Part shown: in pieces, positions 30,215-38,617 of the stretch
Layout: each line of letters starts with the position of its first letter
Position numbering within the stretch: the first letter of the stretch is position 1
Assembly (NCBI GenBank): GCA_027365175.1
Contig: DAHXNY010000001.1
Location: 117,483-181,482, forward strand
Direction: 5' to 3'
Source: Candidatus Micrarchaeota archaeon
GTDB lineage: Archaea; Micrarchaeota; Micrarchaeia; Micrarchaeales; CABMGC01
Length of the DNA stretch: 64,000 nucleotides
Made by a program: the position numbers and the translations under genes
Notes under the pieces: model-generated
Databases searched by the model: none
The model's input: the letters and a program-made list of their open reading frames with translations, nothing else
What the model was told of the DNA's origin: nothing

Positions 30215-30303
30215 CGGGCCCGGCGGGACTTTCAGAAGGTCTTTTGAACCCGCGACCCTCAGATTAGAAGTCTGTCGCTCTGTCCAAGCTGAGCTACGGG
30301 CCC
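30215..30303 (-). tRNA. tRNA-Arg (anticodon TCT) with an insertion of about 14 nt (intron) in the T-loop
   Basis: Hand fold of the minus strand: GGGCCCG TA GCTC AGCTTGGACA GAGC G ACAGA CTTCTAA TCTGA GGGTC GCGGG TTCAAA[AGACCTTCTGAAAG]T CCCGC CGGGCCC G. Removing 30229..30242 restores a 7-nt TTCAAAT loop. No encoded CCA. Confidence 0.75.
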
Positions 30304-30310
30304 ATAAGTG

Positions 30311-31072
30311 TCAAATATAAAAAAACCTCTTGAGGTTCCCAGTTACCATAGAAGCCACATCATAAAAGCCAATGCCTTTCATTTTGGATATGAGTTCCAA
30401 GGTTTCCTTCACATCAGAAGGGCCGTGTCCGGCAACCGGGGAATCCGTCTCAACTACTATATTACCTATGTCAAGATGCTTTATAATCTTTTTCCTGTTC
30501 GAGGTAAGCCTTGGAGGTATCGATATCAAGTGGCCCATGTCTGCCAGTTTCTGTGCCTCCTCAAGAGTGCCATCGAAGAAGTGCATCATAAAACGCACTC
30601 CGGAAGACTCTCTCACAATATCTATAACATGCTTCATCATGCCCCGCGCATGCACCACTACAGGTATCTCAAGATCTTCAGCAATCTTTATCTGCTTTTT
30701 AAAGATGTCTTTCTGCAGTTTAAGGTCGTACTTATCAAGATACTTTACGTCAAGCCCAACCTCTCCTATTCCTATTATCTTGGGGTTTGCCCTTATCTGC
30801 ATCTCGATATCATCTATCCTGTCTGCATCCTCTATGGCAGAAGGATCTATGCCTATGGTGGCAAATACTCCATCATAATTAGTCATCTCAATAGCTCCCA
30901 TGTTGCCTTCCACCGTTCCGCCAGCAGTTATAATTATTCCAACACCGCTCTCGCGCGCCTTCTCTATAGTCTCCAACGGACGCTTGAAGAGCTCGAGATG
31001 ACAGTGTGCATCAGACATCTCAGCTATTTCTAGGAGGTTTTCCTTTACTATCTCTTTGGAAAGTTGAGCCAT
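30311..31072 (-). CDS. tatD: TatD-family metal-dependent hydrolase/DNase
   Basis: 253 aa. DAHCHLE N-terminal motif, VVVHAR, ETDSP near the C-terminus. The antisense 241-aa ORF has junk composition. Confidence 0.8.
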   Translation of the reverse strand: MAQLSKEIVKENLLEIAEMSDAHCHLELFKRPLETIEKARESGVGIIITAGGTVEGNMGAIEMTNYDGVFATIGIDPSAIEDADRIDDIEMQIRANPKIIGIGEVGLDVKYLDKYDLKLQKDIFKKQIKIAEDLEIPVVVHARGMMKHVIDIVRESSGVRFMMHFFDGTLEEAQKLADMGHLISIPPRLTSNRKKIIKHLDIGNIVVETDSPVAGHGPSDVKETLELISKMKGIGFYDVASMVTGNLKRFFYI

Positions 31073-31126
31073 TCATACTACCTATCATATAATTTTAAGA
31101 TTCAAGCAGCTGTTCTGCTTATATCT

Positions 31127-31408
31127 CTACAAAGCTCCATTCAATACAACGAATGCAAGAGATAGCGCTACAATTATGACATACACGAATATCAAAGCAT
31201 ACAGTACCTTTGCAGATAACGTTGAGTTTCTATGCAAACGTTCTCCAATCTCAGGATTCCCGGCATTCCAGCGTGCTGCCTCGTTTGTGTTCATCGCAGA
31301 CAAGTCTTCAGCTATGGTCACCTCCTTGAGTTTCCTAAAGCGCTTCTTGTCCTCCCTCTCCGCTTTCATTAATTTCTCAACCTGATCTATCTCGCGCTTT
31401 CCACTCAT
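31127..31408 (-). CDS. hypothetical small protein with a C-terminal TM helix
   Basis: 93 aa. Charged N-terminal half, hydrophobic tail VLYALIFVYVIIVALSLAFVVL. Confidence 0.4.
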   Translation of the reverse strand: MSGKREIDQVEKLMKAEREDKKRFRKLKEVTIAEDLSAMNTNEAARWNAGNPEIGERLHRNSTLSAKVLYALIFVYVIIVALSLAFVVLNGAL

Positions 31409-31571
31409 AAAATAACCTTAATATCTAATAGCGTCAACTCTACTTAAATATTTGCCTAATGTGGACAATAGCATAAGGAAAAAGAAAATAAATAGGATTA
31501 TATATGTTATCGTATTCTATTTATTGTGAGCTAATCTATACATGAATAGTCAGGCGTAACGGTTGTTTATC

Positions 31572-32624
31572 ATGGCAATAAGAAGAAACCAAGATTCTCA
31601 AAAAGTGCTAACATCTTACAAGCGTACGGTGAGAACATTAAAGGTAATCTCATCAGTTTCCTTGGTAATAGCAATTATAGCGATAGCGATGGCAGCGTTT
31701 GCTCTTGTAGAAGTAAGCCAGCACCCCGTGGCACTTTCAAACCATACTACAAATACGACAAACAACAACACTGTTTTCGGAGCCAGACTTGTAAACATAG
31801 ACCAGCCTCTCAACGCAACCGAGCTTGGCATCATAAACAATGCCCCAAACTCTTACTTCGAGAAAGCAGGTGCGATGTATCTTAACGGTTCAATAAAGAA
31901 TCCTATAGGCTATCTGGTCGGCTCCCTCAAGGTAAATACAGTGAACGGCATTGTAATCAACGGCAAGCCGTCTGTCATATACCTCGGATCAATAACCTGC
32001 GTATTCTGTGGGGAGAACAGATGGGCAATGGCACTTGCGCTTTCAAGATTCGGCACCTTCAACCAACTGTACAAAGGCTACAGCGCACTTCAGGACAGCG
32101 ACGTTCCTACGCTGTACTGGAACAAGAACAATTACAAGACTCCGGGAATCGACCTTACAAACCATTATTCAAGTCCGTACATAAATTTCATCACGCTTGA
32201 AGACGAGTATCCGATAACAGGTGGCTTTGCCCTACAGCCTATGGCAGTGATAGGCCAGGAGGTAAACAGCTCAAATAATCAGAGCGATATAGCTGCCTTC
32301 AATCTGATAAACAAGTTAAACAACTTCGACGGCACCCCATACACTATATGGGGCAACTATCAACTCGACGGTGCAGACGGTATAGATTTTGGCAACACCA
32401 CTGCAATCAGCGGAGGATACCCAGAACTTACCTTCATGACCCACGCGCAGATCCTTAACTCTCTAAATTCACCTAACGACCAATTCTCATGGTCTGAGTA
32501 TGCAGCAGCTGACTTTTACACGGCTGAGATGTGCCTGACGTTAAATAACTCTACTGCAATCAGCGCATGCAGCCTTCCTGCAATAAATAAAATAGAGCAG
32601 CAGATCCAGAAGGGTTCCTTCTGA
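31572..32624 (+). CDS. DUF929-like thioredoxin-fold protein, N-terminal signal anchor, predicted extracytoplasmic and N-glycosylated
   Basis: TM anchor VISSVSLVIAIIAIAMAAFALV. CxxC in GSITCVFCGENRWAMALALSRFG (DUF929 signature as I recall it). About 10 NxS/T sequons. ATG 31572 within ORF 31563..32624. Confidence 0.6.
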   Translation: MAIRRNQDSQKVLTSYKRTVRTLKVISSVSLVIAIIAIAMAAFALVEVSQHPVALSNHTTNTTNNNTVFGARLVNIDQPLNATELGIINNAPNSYFEKAGAMYLNGSIKNPIGYLVGSLKVNTVNGIVINGKPSVIYLGSITCVFCGENRWAMALALSRFGTFNQLYKGYSALQDSDVPTLYWNKNNYKTPGIDLTNHYSSPYINFITLEDEYPITGGFALQPMAVIGQEVNSSNNQSDIAAFNLINKLNNFDGTPYTIWGNYQLDGADGIDFGNTTAISGGYPELTFMTHAQILNSLNSPNDQFSWSEYAAADFYTAEMCLTLNNSTAISACSLPAINKIEQQIQKGSF

Positions 32625-32643
32625 CCGTTAAACGGTAATAAAG

Positions 32644-33162
32644 ATGGCAAAGACTACTAAAAATTCCAAAAAATCCCATAAAAGGCCCAGAAAAAGCGCA
32701 AAGAGCAGAGCTAAGAGATTAGTGGCAATAGTTACAAAGCCGGCATATCTCGCAGTGTTGATAGTGGCCGCAATAATATACTACTACGTTTTCTACTATC
32801 TTATAACGAGCAGCAACTACGGCCTGTTTCTGCTAACTGTCCCGATATATGTACTATACTCCCTGGTGCTGACATCTGCCCTGCTCCTTACAATAGCTGT
32901 ATCCTCGATACACGGGGGCATAAAGCATGGGCGTGCAATCACAGGGAGCGTATCAGGATCGATAATACTGCTTGCAGGAGGCACGATAGCCAGCTGTGCA
33001 TGCACAGTCCCAATATTCGTATCATTATTGTACGTGCTGGGTGCGACAGTTGCGGACGTCACTCTGATAAACTTCTACATAAGCACATACCAGCTATACA
33101 TACTGGTAGTCCTTATACTTGCAAACATCACACTCATATACAATTATCTGGGAAAAATATAG
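32644..33162 (+). CDS. hypothetical 4-TM membrane protein with an intramembrane CxC motif and a basic N-terminal tail
   Basis: 172 aa. N-terminus KNSKKSHKRPRKSAKSRAKR. Four hydrophobic segments, TM3 containing GGTIASCACTVPIF. Starts 19 nt after the DUF929 gene. Confidence 0.5.
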   Translation: MAKTTKNSKKSHKRPRKSAKSRAKRLVAIVTKPAYLAVLIVAAIIYYYVFYYLITSSNYGLFLLTVPIYVLYSLVLTSALLLTIAVSSIHGGIKHGRAITGSVSGSIILLAGGTIASCACTVPIFVSLLYVLGATVADVTLINFYISTYQLYILVVLILANITLIYNYLGKI

Positions 33163-33207
33163 TAAACTACTCAGCAGAGCTCCTCATAAGTAGTTAATCG
33201 TAAAGAC

Positions 33208-34410
33208 CTAGTAAATGTAAGTGTTACAAAAGAACCAAATAACGAACATTAACACAGGAATTAAGAAAGAAGTGTATACAACAAAGGATTTAACCTCAAT
33301 TCCCATTCTTCTTGCAATCTTACCGAGTAGATTCTTTCTACGGTTATTTAGAAGAATGTAACCTATGAGTGCAGCGACATAAGTGCCACCCAGTTCAAAT
33401 CCTGAATATTGGTTCCATAAGTATGCAAAATGAAATAAAACAATGACGATACCTAACAGCCAAGGCATCAGAAGCACTAATGTTATCAAAGGATCCGATA
33501 GTATCAGAATCCCGTAAGCAAATAATGTTACGATTATGCCTATAAGAACTATGAGCAGAGTAATACGACTTGCTGGATAAAATAGCGAATATAAGTTGTT
33601 ATAGGACCGTTGAAGTAGTCCTGACGGTTGCAAAAAAATTGTATTTTGTAGACCATGTGTAACATACAAATTTCCAGGTAATCCTGCGTATAACCCGGTG
33701 TTGTATGCATATACTAACCCGACAGTTGCAGTGTAATATATTACTGCAGCAGCTAACGTCATGGCAATTAAGTAATAAGCATACTGACTTCTATCCTTAG
33801 CTTCATTTCCTTTATATGTCCTAGCAAATAGTAGCAATCCGATACCCAGTGACAATGCGATGAATACGCTACTTTCCATTGTCCCAAGCAAGAGTGCAGT
33901 TGAGACCAAAAACGCTAGCCTATTCTTTATGGCATAGAAGTAGAACGTCAGTATGTAAAAAAACGGTATAAACGCTTCCGCGTGAAAATCAAGTATAAGC
34001 AGGCCGTAAACACCAGGACTGACCAGGAAAGCGATGCAGAATGCCAATGCCAGTCTCTGATCTTTTGCTAATCTGGCAGTGCAGATAAAAATTAGCAAAG
34101 CCGTTCCACATACAACTACAGACTGCAAAATAAGCAAAACCAGCGGCGTCTGGAAAAGCCAGTATAATGGACTTATCAAGAGTAAATCTGGGGCTATGTG
34201 GTTCCCAAAAACAATCTGTTGTAACCCGTATGCTATATTTGGATAATGCTGATTAAAATAAAAGCTTTCGTTATACGCCGCAGTATCAGAACCACTTTTG
34301 TTAGTAATGTTTGCATTTATATGATAAGTTAAGCTAGCAAGAGTAATGATTATCGCTATAAAGAGTAAACGCCTGTCAAGTCTTGCATTTTGTGAATTCA
34401 TAAAATTCAC
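33208..34410 (-). CDS. polytopic membrane protein, DUF2079-like (possible GT-C-type glycosyltransferase)
   Basis: 400 aa with about 10 or more TM helices. NHIAPDLLLISPLYW and LDFHAEAFIPFF resemble DUF2079 conserved blocks (from memory). GTG at 34410; alternative ATG at 34401. Confidence 0.45.
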   Translation of the reverse strand: MNFMNSQNARLDRRLLFIAIIITLASLTYHINANITNKSGSDTAAYNESFYFNQHYPNIAYGLQQIVFGNHIAPDLLLISPLYWLFQTPLVLLILQSVVVCGTALLIFICTARLAKDQRLALAFCIAFLVSPGVYGLLILDFHAEAFIPFFYILTFYFYAIKNRLAFLVSTALLLGTMESSVFIALSLGIGLLLFARTYKGNEAKDRSQYAYYLIAMTLAAAVIYYTATVGLVYAYNTGLYAGLPGNLYVTHGLQNTIFLQPSGLLQRSYNNLYSLFYPASRITLLIVLIGIIVTLFAYGILILSDPLITLVLLMPWLLGIVIVLFHFAYLWNQYSGFELGGTYVAALIGYILLNNRRKNLLGKIARRMGIEVKSFVVYTSFLIPVLMFVIWFFCNTYIY

Positions 34411-34737
34411 AATCTTGTATTCAGTGCTTTCAAGCCCTGTAAAACAAAACGACTTTCAATTATGGGACGAAACAAATACGGGCTATTTTCCCAAGCAAAC
34501 ATGACCATCACCACGTGTCGTTAGCCGTATTGATATAAAACCTGATTAGTATGGGCTACAAAATGAATATAAAGCCCTCACTTACAATACAAAATTTATC
34601 TGTGCAAGTAAATATTGCTTGCAGCATGTAACAACGTCAGGTCATGTCTTAGAGTTTAAAATCCAACCATCTAATTTAGCCAAAAGCAACCTTTTTATAT
34701 GTGGAAAACGACCTATTATTGTTATACGGCGAGTACT

Positions 34738-35664
34738 ATGGAGTTAAAAAACAAAGAGATAATAGTGACCGGAGGAGCTGGCTTTATTGGAAGCAATCTT
34801 GTTTCTGCACTTGCAAAAGATAATAGCGTAACTGTTGTAGACAATATGCACACAGGCACAGACGCAAATCTTGCTGAGGACATAAAGAACAATAACGTGC
34901 GGCTGCTAAAGGCAGATTCCAAGGACATAAGCAAGGCAAACGTCAATCCAGACTATATTTTCCATCTTGGGATGTATTCATCAACTCCTATGTATAAGGA
35001 GGACAACCACAGAGTTCACGAGGTAGTGGAAGGGGCCGTAAAAGTATTCAAATATTCGATAGAAAAGAATGCGAAGACCGTATTCATATCCTCCTCATCC
35101 CTGTACAACGGCTTACAGATGCCTTACTCAGAGGACCTGATGCCAAAGGTAACCGACTTCTACACGGAAGCGAGATATTATGTGGAAAGGCTGGCAGAGC
35201 TCTACAGCAAGCTCTACAATCTTGACGCGACAGGGGTAAGGCTCTTTTCTGTATACGGCAAGAGGGAGGAGAACAAGAAGCAGTACGCAAACCTTGTGAC
35301 CCAATTCATATGGGCGCTGAGGGACGGGCAGCCTGCAGTTATATACGGGGATGGGAGCCAGACGAGGGACTTTACAAATGCATCTGACGTTGTGAGGGCC
35401 GCGATACTCGCGTCATCATACAAAGGCTATGATATATTCAACGTAGGAACAGGGAAGAGCTACTCCTTGAATGATACCGTAAAGAGGATAAACGAGCTCT
35501 CAGGAAAGGAGCTTAAGGTGCAGCATATCCCAAACAAGATAAGCAACTACGTCGCACACACTCTCGCAGACACCAGGAAATCAAAGGAGAAGCTTGGCTT
35601 CGAAGCAAAGATAAACCTGGACGATGGCATCAAGGAGCTTCTAAACCACTACGGCATAAACTGA
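34738..35664 (+). CDS. NAD-dependent nucleotide-sugar epimerase/dehydratase (SDR family)
   Basis: VTGGAGFIGSNL Rossmann motif, SSSSLY and YxxxK (YTEARYYVER). ATG 34738 (MELKNKEIIV) within ORF 34699..35664. Confidence 0.85.
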   Translation: MELKNKEIIVTGGAGFIGSNLVSALAKDNSVTVVDNMHTGTDANLAEDIKNNNVRLLKADSKDISKANVNPDYIFHLGMYSSTPMYKEDNHRVHEVVEGAVKVFKYSIEKNAKTVFISSSSLYNGLQMPYSEDLMPKVTDFYTEARYYVERLAELYSKLYNLDATGVRLFSVYGKREENKKQYANLVTQFIWALRDGQPAVIYGDGSQTRDFTNASDVVRAAILASSYKGYDIFNVGTGKSYSLNDTVKRINELSGKELKVQHIPNKISNYVAHTLADTRKSKEKLGFEAKINLDDGIKELLNHYGIN

Positions 35665-35715
35665 TTTCCGAACACAAGAAAAGGAATATAAGCTTAATCT
35701 TGCCTATAGCCACAT

Positions 35716-36192
35716 ATGGCTAAACTCTTTCCTCTAGGTGCGGGAATAAGCAGGATGATGGGGATCCTCAAGATAATAAAGGAGAATGATGACAAGGTGG
35801 ATCTTGCCAAGCTTGCTGAGGAGTCTGAGATTGACATAGATTCGCTACTGCCTCTTATAGAAGCATGCGAGATGTTCGGATTCGCCCATACCAAGGATTC
35901 GAAGATAAGGCTTACCAAGGAGGGGGAAGCGCTTAACCTAAGAAACATGTCTAAGACCCTGAGGAACAAACTCGAAGCCATAGACCCGTTCAAAAGCGCA
36001 GTAGAACTGTTATCAAAAGGAGAGCTAACATCAGATGAGCTGTTTGAATCTATGGGGTCAAAAGGGATCGTATTTCACGGTGAGAAATCCATAAACAACG
36101 AAATCCTGAAAGGCCTTTTTGTCGACTGGGCATTAAGGACAAAGCTAATGCGATACGACCCTGAAAGAGACGTATGGTCTCTCCCAAGATAG
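35716..36192 (+). CDS. stand-alone AAA-associated (NitT/TauT ABC ATPase C-terminal-type) domain protein
   Basis: 158 aa. ISRMMGILKII...VDLAKLAEESEIDIDSLLPLIEACEMFGFAHTKDSKIRLTKEGEAL resembles the domain usually fused to NitT/TauT ATPases. Lies tail-to-tail with such an ATPase, 2 nt apart. Confidence 0.55.
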   Translation: MAKLFPLGAGISRMMGILKIIKENDDKVDLAKLAEESEIDIDSLLPLIEACEMFGFAHTKDSKIRLTKEGEALNLRNMSKTLRNKLEAIDPFKSAVELLSKGELTSDELFESMGSKGIVFHGEKSINNEILKGLFVDWALRTKLMRYDPERDVWSLPR

Positions 36193-36194
36193 GC

Positions 36195-36944
36195 TCAACC
36201 TGTCAGATCCGCGTATATGTCGCTCTCCATGTTGCCGAACCATGCAGCCTTCCTATCCCTCGGCCTCTTGTGCTTTATCTGCTCTATTCTTTTCAGATGC
36301 GAGGGTTTATTGGAAAGCACAATTACCCTGTCAGAAAGCTCTACCGCCTCCTCCACATTATGAGTAACCATTATTATTGATTTTACGGATATGTCCTGGC
36401 TCTCAAGCATATACACTATATCTGATCTCAGGTTCTCAGCGGTAAGTTCGTCAAGGGCGCTGAAAGGCTCGTCCATGAGCAGCACATTAGGCGCAGCAGC
36501 TATTGCCCTTGCAATGCCTACTCTCTGCTTCATGCCTCCGCTAAGGGAATTCGGATACTGCATTCCAAGCCCTCCCAATCCAAGCTTGTTCATGAGCCCT
36601 ATCGCTATATCATTCTTCTTATCCTCTTCAAAATCGGTAAGTGCCAAGCCTATCTTTATATTCTCAAGGTTTGTCAGCCATGGCATCAGTGCAAAATCCT
36701 GAAACACAAATCCCATTCCATGGGCAGGGCCGCCAACCTTCTTACCTGCATAATATACCTTTCCTTTCTTAGGCGGAATGAGCCCGGCTATTATCCTGAG
36801 CAGAGTAGACTTGCCGCACCCTGAGGGGCCTATTATAGAAACAAATTCGCCTTCATTGACCTTAAACGACACATCCTCTATCACCTCTATCCCACTATCC
36901 TCAAAGCCGAATGAAACATGCTCCACTGCCAAAATACTATCCAT
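36195..36944 (-). CDS. ABC transporter ATP-binding protein (NitT/TauT nitrate/sulfonate/bicarbonate-type)
   Basis: 249 aa. Walker A GPSGCGKSTLLR, signature LSGGMKQRVGIARA, Walker B LLMDEPFSALD. Confidence 0.9.
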   Translation of the reverse strand: MDSILAVEHVSFGFEDSGIEVIEDVSFKVNEGEFVSIIGPSGCGKSTLLRIIAGLIPPKKGKVYYAGKKVGGPAHGMGFVFQDFALMPWLTNLENIKIGLALTDFEEDKKNDIAIGLMNKLGLGGLGMQYPNSLSGGMKQRVGIARAIAAAPNVLLMDEPFSALDELTAENLRSDIVYMLESQDISVKSIIMVTHNVEEAVELSDRVIVLSNKPSHLKRIEQIKHKRPRDRKAAWFGNMESDIYADLTG

Positions 36945-36950
36945 TAAAAA

Positions 36951-38555
36951 TCACTTGTAGTAATCCGCAACCCTCTTGTATAATTTCTTCCAGACAAAGA
37001 AATTTATAAGGTATATCATAAGTATCATGTTTATTATTGCCAGGGCAAGCAATCCTATATTGTTTGCATTCAAAGCAAGGTCAAGAAGTTTGCCCATACC
37101 ATATCCAACAGAAGTTATAACGGTGCTTCCGGTTCCTGATATCCCGCTGCTTGTGAAGTATTCTGCAACTATGCTGGCATTCCATTCGGCTGCAATGGCA
37201 GTTATGCTCCCTGTTATGAGCCCTGGCAGCACTGCACCGATGTAAATCCTCTTCCATGCGTCTTTGCCCTTTACTCCGAAGACATTCTTCACCTCTATAA
37301 TGCTCTTGAGCACTCCTGAATTGGAGGTTATGCCGAATATTACGTACCACACGCCGCTAAGGAAGAATATGAGAAATGCCACAATATTGGGCCCAAATGG
37401 CATATCCTTGAACGCGATTACGATCAGAGGCATCAATATGGTTGCAGGTATGGACGCGATTATCTGAAAGGTGGAGGTGTACCTTGATTTGTTTCCTGAA
37501 ATGAACAGGAGATATACGCACAGGGGCAGCGCTACAAGAAGTATAACTGCGTAGGCAACCCAAACTCTCGCGAGCGTTGCGAAAAGAGCTATCAGAACCT
37601 CTCCCTCATACTGCAATATATTGGATTGTATTGCGAAATAGCCAGAAATCAGTATAACTGCAACGGCGACTGCGTAAGGCATGTATCTGGAAAACCTGCC
37701 GCTCCTCTCCTTCTTAACCGGCCTATTGTTTCCCGGATAAGGCGCTCTCGCCCTCATTGCAAATCTTGCCCCGCTCCTTCCTATTTTTGTGCTTCCGCTA
37801 ACCAACAGCTTGGTTGCACGTTCTACATACGAGATCTTCCTCACGGTGCTTACCAGCGCAGCTGCGCGTTTGTATCCCATCACGTCAACATCCCTTGTCT
37901 CGTCCAGACTGAACCTTTTCTCAAGCGGGTTGAAGAAAAAGAGTATTGTAGCGATAAGGAAAGCGATAAACACAGCTATGCCTATGAAGTAATAGTATAT
38001 GTTTGTCGCACCGAGAGTCACCAGGGCAGCCCCAATACCATATGTGACCTGGTACTTGCTATTCCCAACGGAGAAAATCTCGCTTGTTACCAGATAGAAG
38101 AGCCCTATAGCCCAGGAAAGTCTCGTCTGTTCGATCACACGCGGTATGCTTGCAGGAATGAATATCTTCCTAAGCTTATCGAAACCACTGAATCTATACA
38201 AATCTGCAACCTCTACCATCTCCTTAGGTAGGGTCCTGACGGCTTCATAAGCTCCGAAGATTATGTTCCACAGCATGCTTGTAATTATGAGGAATATCAC
38301 CGCAGTGTTTATGCCTATGGATCCTGGAAGAACGCTAACAACAACAAAGATGACAAACGGGAAGAAAGCAAGTATCGGCAGAGTCTGCAGGACGTCAACA
38401 ACAGGGAGTATTATCTTTGCAGCCCTGTCAGATATGGCAGCGTATATCCCAACCAGCATACCTATTATAACTGAGAAGAAAAGCGCAATGAACATCCTTA
38501 ACCACGAAGCAGAAGTATCGACTATCAACCGCAGTATGAGCGAGAGCAGGTCCAT
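36951..38555 (-). CDS. ABC transporter permease, duplicated (two BPD-type permease modules fused)
   Basis: The ORF 36951..38651 overlaps the divergent gene 38618..39610 at its 5-prime end, so ATG 38555 (MDLLSLILRL) is the more likely start. Two TM bundles separated by a basic cytoplasmic linker of about 70 aa. Confidence 0.75.
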   Translation of the reverse strand: MDLLSLILRLIVDTSASWLRMFIALFFSVIIGMLVGIYAAISDRAAKIILPVVDVLQTLPILAFFPFVIFVVVSVLPGSIGINTAVIFLIITSMLWNIIFGAYEAVRTLPKEMVEVADLYRFSGFDKLRKIFIPASIPRVIEQTRLSWAIGLFYLVTSEIFSVGNSKYQVTYGIGAALVTLGATNIYYYFIGIAVFIAFLIATILFFFNPLEKRFSLDETRDVDVMGYKRAAALVSTVRKISYVERATKLLVSGSTKIGRSGARFAMRARAPYPGNNRPVKKERSGRFSRYMPYAVAVAVILISGYFAIQSNILQYEGEVLIALFATLARVWVAYAVILLVALPLCVYLLFISGNKSRYTSTFQIIASIPATILMPLIVIAFKDMPFGPNIVAFLIFFLSGVWYVIFGITSNSGVLKSIIEVKNVFGVKGKDAWKRIYIGAVLPGLITGSITAIAAEWNASIVAEYFTSSGISGTGSTVITSVGYGMGKLLDLALNANNIGLLALAIINMILMIYLINFFVWKKLYKRVADYYK

Positions 38556-38617
38556 CTTTAATAGCTCATAAAAAGCAGATATAAATATTCCTATGCAAAG
38601 AGAATTGTGAAGAGAAC

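Noticed and set aside
34392-34410. Inverted repeat GTGAATT-CATAA-AATTCAC at the start of the DUF2079-like gene
   Set aside because: It is produced by the near-duplicate codon strings GTG AAT TTT and ATG AAT TCA at two alternative starts. It is short and AT-rich, with no evidence of a regulatory role.
33208-34700. Low-GC island (possible horizontal acquisition) around the DUF2079-like gene
   Set aside because: Spot counts of 60-nt lines gave 30-47 percent GC here, against about 45-53 percent elsewhere. The difference is modest, and AT-rich hydrophobic-residue codons in a polytopic membrane protein could produce it. Sliding-window GC and codon-adaptation analysis are required.
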